A DNA stretch of 64,000 bases from contig JASANG010003810.1 in NCBI GenBank assembly GCA_030248215.1, forward strand, positions 310,001 to 374,000, in the 5' to 3' direction. The number at the start of each line of letters is the position of its first letter. The stretch's first letter is position 1. This stretch comes from Enoplolaimus lenunculus. Lineage: Eukaryota. The notes under the pieces were generated by a model. The model was not told where the DNA came from and did not search any database. It saw only the letters and a list, made by a program, of their open reading frames with translations. The position numbers and the translations under genes were made by a program. This document shows positions 56,001-64,000 of this stretch, one piece after another.

Positions 56001-59000
56001 GAGCGGACTACGGGTTGCAAGCCTGGACTCTGAACCGTCTTGGAGACAAAATATTAAAACATAGGGGGCGGGGGGCGCACACCAAAAGCAACCCCCCTTA
56101 AGATTTTCCCCCAATTCAGCCCTCCCACTCATGATTTTTGTCCCCCCACTCATGATTTCTCTCTTCCCCCCGTTAATTTTACGTCCCTTACTTTTTTGCA
56201 ATAAACATCAGTATGAATTAAACATAACCTCTTCATCGATATGTCTTATATATGATCTGTGTTTATTATTTGTATGGTTGTTTTTGACTATGTGCGTATT
56301 TGTAGGCCTGTCTAAACACTGGCTAGTGCAACTGACGCTTTATTGCAAATTCTGCATCCCTCACTCAGAAATTATCCCTCGGTTGCGAGCCGGGGCCCCC
56401 GGTTGATGCTCGCCCACTCCATCGCGACCCAGCGAGTACCCAGTATGTATTTGAGAGAAACAGTTAATGTTTTTCGGTCACCAGCATTTACTTTCAGGTT
56501 CCGAATCACACATTCTTTAGTCCCTGTTGCCGCTTATCTTTAGCTTCTTAACTGCATTATTTCGTAGTGACAAACATTTGTACAGCTGCACACTGTGTAG
56601 TCTTACGAATTTTAGCTGATTCCGTTTTGTCTCAATTTTATCTGAAGCTATTTTGCGTGATTTTTTTATTGCAGTCAACAGACAAAATTCGATCGCAAAA
56701 AGAAGCGGCTGCAGCAATTAGCGCAGAAGCTGCGGCGCTCGGTGCAGTGGGAGAAGATACTGTGTACCAGTGTGGCGCTTGCGGTGCTCAATTCAATAAC
56801 ACTGAGTTGCTTGTAGCGCACATTAGTGCGGCGCATATGGCACCCGAAGATGCATCGAGTATGTTTGGAATGGTTTGATACTTGAAGCAGAAGCAATAAT
56901 TGCACTCAAAATATGTTAAAGCATCCTGCTGATCTAAATTTCAGTTCTACATAGATAGTCTATCATACGTTTCGAAGAGTTGCCAGAAAGATTGCAGACA
57001 AATTTTACGAAAATTATTGTTTGAGTAGCAGGAATTATTTATGATTTGAAATACGGCATAAGCTACCGCCTGAAGACCGCGCTTTTCTTTCTAATCAGTA
57101 TATATCGAAAAGCTTTTTGAAATACTAAATACTTTGATTTAATCTTTCCCGATTCCTCAGGCTGTATGTCTAAAATTAAAATGTGTAATAAAACGTTTTC
57201 GGGTTGGAATTTTGGCTGAAAAAGAAATATATTTCCAGCGTTAACCTGGATCTGCGCTAGATTAATTAATTACAGGAAAGTCTTACATATTTTTAGTGCC
57301 AATTGAAAGTGGCGATATGCATAAACATCACGGAGTTCCAACGCTGCAACACAAAACCGTCGCTGATGCAGGATTTCAGACAACATTTAGCGATCCGGCA
57401 CAAACGTTAAGGCCAAAGGTAAGCGGGAATGTTGCATAGAGCGTGGCGTAGAGCAGGCATTATTTGGGAGTAGAGACAAATTATTGAAATAGAGTCACTT
57501 TATTAGCGCATTCTGCTATAAGCGTAATAGTTTCAGCGTTTAGAGGTCACGCTATGACAATATATAATTTTTGAGCAAAAATATTGATTGGTTTAATGGC
57601 AACATTTCCGACACAAAGTAAAGCTGGTTCTAGTACTCTAGTACGGTTTTGAATACTCCTAAGTAGATAATGTTATTTAGCTTTTAATTAAGCATTCAAT
57701 TACGCGTTAACGCAAACTTAACATAATTTTTTTATTTTTCTTCATCTGTCAAGTCTTGTTTTAGCCTCCACCGGTTATGCCGCGGCCTCCGAATGACGAA
57801 TTTGCATTTTATCGATGTCGAGTTTGCAATCGTGAATTCTTGACGCTTGGAGGGCTTAAGAAGCACGCCAGGGAGCATACGGAGGAGCAGCGAAAAGCGG
57901 CACAGGTTAGAAACTTGTTTCGTGTGGCCTAATTAAATTGCGTTGTAAAAGGTCATTACTTCTGAGTAGTTTTTATGTAAAAGTGCTGTCGCTGCATCGC
58001 TCTGAAATGAGCTTCAAGTTGTATTTTCTGAATTATTGTATGCCGTAAACGCAAAGTCGCAGTGGACACATAAAATTTTAATAGTTCTACTGAAAAACGA
58101 ATGGACATCTATGTATACGTATTCCGGTAGCGTTCTTAGTAACGAGAAGCCAATTTACGCAAGGAGAGTAACTCGCTGGTTGCTTCAGTAACCGATATTA
58201 AGCTAAAGCTAACAAAGTTAAAAGATCGTTGTGAGATTGAATTTTGTGTGTTTTATTCAGATGGACATTGATAATGAATCTCAAGCAATTGAAGTTGGGG
58301 TTGGTGACACTGCGTCGCGTAATGTAATCAAGGATCATATTCCGGGTGTTCCGTACGGAAGTGGATTTGATCATTTACCGTGAGTTGTGAAATGGTAACC
58401 AAACGAAACGTTTGTGTTAATTTCAGATGTATCGGTCAGGGTGCAACCGGAATTCCGGTTCCGGTTCCGGCATTTTTTCACCTTCCGGTTCCGGTTCCGG
58501 TAAATTTTTACCGGATTTAAAAATTCCGGTATTATAATTTGGCCGTTTTCTTAACTTTGCTAATTTTTAAGAATCTCTTTTGAAAGCCACTTGTACTCCG
58601 ATAAGCCATTGATGGTGGATTTCACTTCAGTCGATGATGAAAATCTAAAATACAACAAATAAAATAAATACCTATGTTCGACTAAGGTTATTTCACAAAT
58701 AATAGAGCAAAAAATAAGATTAAAATGAAATTTTTGGTGAAATGCATTTTTCATTTTCCGGTTCCGGTAAATTGTAATTCCGGTTGCACCCTGGTATCGG
58801 TTAATAGGCATCAGCCAGGGTGCGACCTGATGTCCGAATCCAGTTTAATATCTGGCAAAAACTGATATCCGTATCCGGTTCCGGTATCCGGTATAAACCT
58901 ACTGGATACCGGATATTTGCGGTTGGGGTGCGGAATATCATATTACAGCTTTTTACAAGTGAGCGTCTTTAACATCTTGCTGCAATTACATTTCTGGGAA

Positions 59001-62000
59001 CTCAAGAAGTTCAAGTTTTGATACGTACGTTTTCAGTTACTTTTAACTTATGTAACCTAGTGGGAGTTAACCCCATTTTTGCATTAAATTATTTCAGTTT
59101 ATCAGCTTCAATTATGAACTTTATGACACGAATAAAAACCTTGAGTACGTACATACACTAAAATTAGAGCGAAAAACAATTTACGCATTTTAACATAATT
59201 ATCAGCGTAGGTAACAAAACAGTCTGCAGTTTTTAAGTGTCGTTATCAGCCCTATTTCGTAAAACTTCTTATTCTGTTTCGATACGTATTATTGCACATA
59301 TATTAGTGTCACTAAAAGTCTGATTCCTGAATCGCGATGTCTGCTTCTTTTACGGAAAAAATTTGACTGCAATTAACAAATTTCACGCTATTCCAGTCGC
59401 ATCGTTTTACTGTGTTTTAAGTCTTCATGTGTTTACGTCTATAACTGAACCTACGGATAAAGAAGATATGACGCGACATGATCTTTGTAGTAAAATTGGT
59501 GTCGTATGCGAATGCGTATCATATCGGTATCGGTGTCGACAAAGTTTCAAAATATAGGGACAGGCAACAATTGTGGTACCGGCACAGTACTAGACGTATG
59601 ACGTACAGGGTACAACCGGAATTATATAATATCGGAACAGGAACCAGGAGGTTAAAAATACCGCGAACGGAGCTGGAACCGGAAACAAGAAATACTTGTT
59701 GCCGAAAAATTCATTGTTAAAACTATTTTATCGCTTTTGATGGGAAAATAATTTGTTTTGAGAACTTTTTTCCGAACCGGGGCGTTAAATACTTTGAGAC
59801 ATTTGGTTCTTCGTCTGTGCACTCGACCATCATTGAAAATTGAAATTCTATGTGTAACGTATTATAACTTGATTATAGAGTATGACACAAACTGAAAATA
59901 TTTACTGCACACGCTCAGACAATTTTAAAAATATAAGTTAGAATAATATGCCAGTTTTTCTTAACCGAAGAATTTTTTAGTACGGAAAACACAGGAACCG
60001 GATTTTCTTACTAGAACCGGAATTCCGGTTGCACCCTGAAGGCGTATGATCGCAGCACACATTATTTATATTAAGATTCGGTTGCTCGCTTTGTAAACGT
60101 CGGTTTGGAACAAGTGCTGGTCTGGATGCCCATCAGCGATTGCATACGCGTTTGGCTGAAAATGATCTGGACAAAATACGGCCACCTGTCAGGTTGGTTG
60201 TAGCTAAATGTTTGGTTACGCGTGTCTCGCTTGTATTGTAAAGGTACTTAAGTATACGTTTAACAAAAGACTGGAGCCAAGTAGGGCTAGTGTTGTTTTC
60301 AAATCCGTTTCGTTTATGAAGGTTTTAAATAGTGAATATGCAAAGTGTATACTATCTATGTATGGATGTCAGGGTCTAAACGGATACCAGAAAATACCGA
60401 TCCAAATCCGAAATTATGTAGATGTTGATATATTTTGCAGTTGCCCAGAATGTCCTCGGAAATTCCGGACTTCAGAAGCACTATCAGAGCATATGCGAAT
60501 GCACGACGCAGCAAATCCAGTATGGACCTGTAAATTGTGCAAAATTTCATTTCAATCACAAGTTCGATACATTGCACACATGAAATCACACCCGCCTCCG
60601 GCGCCACCAAAGCGCGAACATAAATGCCCGATTTGTGACCGAGAATTTTACGAACGCGAGTCTTTGGCGAAACATTTACGGTGAGTGTACCCTGTTTTTT
60701 CGAACTTTATAAGTAACCTTTTGTTCTCAAAATATATTAATAAGCCTGTCTAACTACAATTTTTAAATGTACATTGCACCCAACTTTAAGGTTAGCGACA
60801 CGTCTATAAGCGGTCGATTGAGAGCAGCGTTGTTAAATTTGTTGCATTTTAGAGAACACAAAGAAAAGGTTTACAGTTGTACTGAATGCGACAAAAAGTT
60901 TGTCGAAGAAATGCAACTTGAGCGCCATATGTTTGTTCATACTGGACGGCGCGATTATAGTTGTACGATTTGTGGAAAAGTGTTTGCACGACCGGAAAAT
61001 TTGAAGGTAGCAATATTTTGATTTTAGAGATGCGGGCTATATGCTGTGAGATAACTACTCGTCATCCTTTTGGTACAGCTTTTATAAACCAAGAAGCACC
61101 TTGACTTCCAGTCCTGGACACCGATTAGAAAACTAGTTTGCGGTTGTATAAAAATCGAGGCGTACGAAGAGCGATATTATATGGAATGCAAGATTGTCGC
61201 TTTATCTCTCACGGAATGAGTTTCGCAGTCTGATGTCACTGATAGTGAAATGTTTGTCTGATTGTCTGATTATTATTTTACACTTCTTTGTTTAGGCTCA
61301 TCGATATTTGCATTCGGGTGAAAAACCACACAAATGTAGCGTATGCTCGGTTGGTTTTAGTACGAAATGGAGTTTGAGGAATCATGAGAAGGTGAGTTAT
61401 ATACACCACAGTTAGCTTTCCATAAACACTAAAATAGTCAAGTCTCGGTTTTGAATTCGGCTTGCAGAATTGATAAAATTTTCTTTGAAAACAATTTTAA
61501 AGTAGTCGATATTACTGTCGATAACGTCTGAGGCTGCACATCAAACCAGCGCTTTAAGTATCTGTTTTAATGGGTTATCCCACACCCGTCACTGTTTTTG
61601 ATTGCAGGTGTTTAATCTGAATGATTATGACGTGAAAAACCAACCGCCCGCTTGCTATTCTGTTTAGGTTTAGTTTACAAAAAGGCAAAATGCTTTATTT
61701 TGTGCTTTATTTTGTTTGCTGTTTTTTGCAGACGCACACACAAGAAAAAACGTACATGTGTGAGCATTGTGGTCGTACATTCAATCGTAAACATAACCTT
61801 GATATTCATGTCCGCGTTCACACTGGGCTGCGTCCGTTCCAATGTTCTTCGTGTTCGAAAACGTTTTCACGGCTTGAACAATTACAAACCCACATAAATG
61901 CGCATAAGGGTATCAAGCCATACCCGTGTACTGAGTGTGATCGGGCGTTTTTTAGGTATTTATCGGGAGCTCGACCAAAAATAAATGCGAGCTGAAGTTG

Positions 62001-63928
62001 CGCAATATCTTGCGTACAGCACATAAGATTTGAGGAGTTAGGGTGCTGGACACTGAAGCTTTTTGGCTTCAGGAGCCCGGATATTGAAGCTTTTTGGTTT
62101 CACTGGCCCACATACTGAAGCTCTTTGGATATATTGGCCCCGATTGCGAAAGTTTTTGGCTTTAGTGTCCAGTACATTATCCCCTCTACAGTTTGTTGGT
62201 GTTCGCATGATATTGTGGATGTTGCGTTAGACATTGTTGTGAATTTTAAGTGTTCAGGATCGAGACTGATTATTTATTGTGTATAGTATTGTTGAACCTT
62301 GGAAACATGTGAAACTTGTTTAACTGAATCAAGGGTATTACTTTTTGTCTGGGAAGTAAGTAGAATTTCATTTCAAGGGTCTGTATAGATGATGTACGGA
62401 TCACGTGTTCTGTCGCTCTTTTGGAAGATCAGTTAAAATCAATTAGATATTTTTTGATAATGGCAAAATATTTTGAAGGGAAAGGCAGAACACAGCCAAT
62501 GTACGGGTGTTGTCAGTTACGAATTTGACATGGTATTCCAAGTTGGTTATTTCAGCGCAAATCATCTACAACAACATCAACGTGTCCACAAAGGTGAACA
62601 ACCGTTTCAATGCGGCGTTTGCAGTCGATCGTTTGCGAATAAAACACAAATGGAGAAACACATGAAAACGCATATGCCTGAACAAAGTAACGGAGCTGGC
62701 TCGGCGGCGCAGTATGTGGTTGTATGGGAGCAAGCTGGTTCGGTGCAGGTAAGTCAAAAGGTCGTGGATGGCTTGACATAGAGTTCATTCAAAGGTTGGT
62801 TGCTACGCGCATACAAGACATAAAATGTTGGTACATGTTAACTTAATTTGAAAGTGCGATACTTAGAACTTGATTAGTGGGATATAGTTCATTATGATAC
62901 TCTTTTTCCAATCTTTATTTTAATGATACCGGATTTTAGGAAGCAGTTGTTGTCTCTGACGGCCTGGCTGGTTCTGCGTCCGCAGGTGCAGCTCTAGCAT
63001 CACCATCGAAAACCGCTCCGATCTCACAAGTGGCCCGTCATCCGACCACTGCCAGTGTGCTCGGAAGCATTCCAGCTGGTCCTGGCAGCGCTACTAGTTC
63101 CCAAACAATAGCAGCGTCAAGTGCTGCCGCACCGAGTACTGTTGTTCATCAGTATCCTGTCACAGCAAATATTGGTGGAACTCCGTTGGGAACCGGAAGA
63201 TCCGGGGCAGTAACTGGATCTCAGCAAGTTGTCTCGTCCTCGTCGTTGATCGTAACCCCGGCTAGCCCAGACAAGAAAACAGCGACGGCAATGCTGGCCG
63301 GTGCAAGGTCCCCTACTGCAGCGTATTTGACGACTACTGTCTCTGGTAATGTTGGTGCTGGCAACGAACAGCAGTTTCAGCAGCGGACTGGAATAGGAAT
63401 TGGTAACAATTTTGGTTGCTGAATCTTGAATTTATATTATTATTGATGACTGCTGAGCTATATACAATTAATTGCAGCAAAATATTGTATTCCATAGAGA
63501 GAATGGCCCATGTAAAGAATGGGGGCGGTACGTTTTTCTGTGGACTAAAAAAGAGTAAGCTTAAGCTTTAGACTATTTTTTTTGCTTGGCCTAGGCTTAG
63601 GCTTAGGTTTAGGAATATGCTTATAATACTGTTTCGCCCCTGTTCTTTACATTGGCCTAAGTCATTTCAATACGAGGTGTGTTTTTTAATTTTCACTGCG
63701 TTCTTTGATCTGTGCGTGAAAACGCAAAAAACGCAAAATCTCTGGTATACACTGTTTATAGATACCAAAGTTCGTCCTGTCCCAATAGCGCCTTCAGTTG
63801 GAATGTTGCCTTCAACTAGCGGAACTGTAACTGCTGGACTGGTGGCAACGGCTGGAAATCAGTCCCAGCAGCAAACGGTTACTCTTGCGCCAGGAGGCAC
63901 AACGATGATCGATGGCCAACCAGTGCAG
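47053..63928 (+). CDS. Multi-C2H2 zinc-finger transcription factor (at least 15 fingers, at least 1118 aa, 3'-incomplete)
   Basis: Exons 47053-47068, 47562-48000, 50415-50524, 51607-51687, 53882-53992, 54510-54791, 55530-55624, 56675-56858, 57297-57418, 57765-57905, 58261-58379, 60076-60192, 60441-60680, 60853-61006, 61296-61391, 61732-61955, 62556-62748, 62940-63402 and 63762-63928. All are GT-AG and phase-consistent. CxxC-HxxxH fingers with HTGxxPF-type linkers. Confidence 0.92.
48531..49078. mobile_element. hAT-like MITE (CAGGGATG TIR, GGTCTC subterminal repeats)
   Basis: CAGGGATGAGC...GCCGATCCTTG, with TTGGCTGC in both flanks. Relatives at 40417 and 50817-50922. Confidence 0.55.
49091..49552. 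mobile_element. hAT-like MITE family D
   Basis: TIR CAGGGTGCAACCGGAATT, perfect 8-bp TSD GCTGCAAC. Confidence 0.9.
50043..50351. mobile_element. hAT-like MITE family D, inverted relative to 49091
   Basis: TIR CAGGGTGCAACC, perfect 8-bp TSD GTTGTAAC. Confidence 0.9.
51144..51404. mobile_element. hAT-like MITE family D (diverged)
   Basis: Colinear with 50043, 8-bp TSD ATACAGGT. Confidence 0.8.
52011..53030 (-). mobile_element. 5'-truncated, frameshifted non-LTR retrotransposon (I-group, Ingi/Vingi-like)
   Basis: RT C-terminal motifs [42 protein letters not shown] and terminal zinc knuckle [18 protein letters not shown] across three frames. Short 3' UTR ending in (CAA)n. Lies antisense in an intron. 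Confidence 0.88.
58437..58793. mobile_element. hAT-like MITE family D (intact)
   Basis: TIR CAGGGTGCAACCGGAATT, perfect 8-bp TSD GTATCGGT. Confidence 0.9.
59606..60038. mobile_element. hAT-like MITE related to family D
   Basis: CAGGGTACAACCGGAATT...AATTCCGGTTGCACCCTG with a different interior. Confidence 0.75.
62046..62173. repeat. Four 31-bp diverged tandem repeats bounded by an inverted repeat
   Basis: TGAAGCTTTTTGG at a 31-bp period. CTGGACACTGAAGC / GCTTTAGTGTCCAG at the ends. Confidence 0.6.
63505..63657. mobile_element. Merlin-like MITE family A variant with TTAGGC
   Basis: GGCCCATGTAAAGAA...TTCTTTACATTGGCC. Confidence 0.75.
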
Positions 63929-64000
63929 GTACGGAGGGTAACCTGAAAACGTTGCCAGCACGGGGATGCTGTCCTGATCTATTTTTGATCGGAAAAAATT

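Noticed and set aside
62046..62173. 31-bp periodic repeat resembling a mini-CRISPR
   Set aside because: The 'spacers' are diverged copies of one another, so this is an ordinary tandem repeat within a small inverted-repeat element.

Overview
AT-rich, intron-rich eukaryotic (invertebrate animal) DNA. Frequent TTTCAG splice acceptors and dispersed TTAGGC repeats hint at a nematode, but this is not proven. Four spliced protein genes can be assembled by hand with consistent intron phases. (1) A + strand sarcalumenin-like gene (10260-16038, possible first exon at 8939) whose nucleotide-binding motifs are degenerate and whose ~600-aa basic tail repeats an (N)K[YF]RK motif about 13 times between amphipathic helices. 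(2) A + strand SLC22 transporter (23074-28445) with an in-frame 180-codon polyQ/H tract in its central cytoplasmic loop. (3) A - strand, 8-exon, 373-aa secreted Cys-rich protein I cannot assign to a family (41567-30836), with an apparent internal duplication, an acidic Ser/Asp patch and a C-terminal RRKR site. (4) A + strand gene with at least 15 C2H2 zinc fingers (47053 to beyond the window end). The remainder is a 3.8-kb 18-bp minisatellite with higher-order structure, a Penelope-like GIY-YIG remnant, a 5'-truncated LINE, a Helentron/DINE-like element and many MITEs (CMC/EnSpm-like, hAT-like, Merlin-like with TTAGGC, Tc2/pogo-like, Kolobok-like, foldback). All homology statements come from my recall of family motifs, not from database searches.
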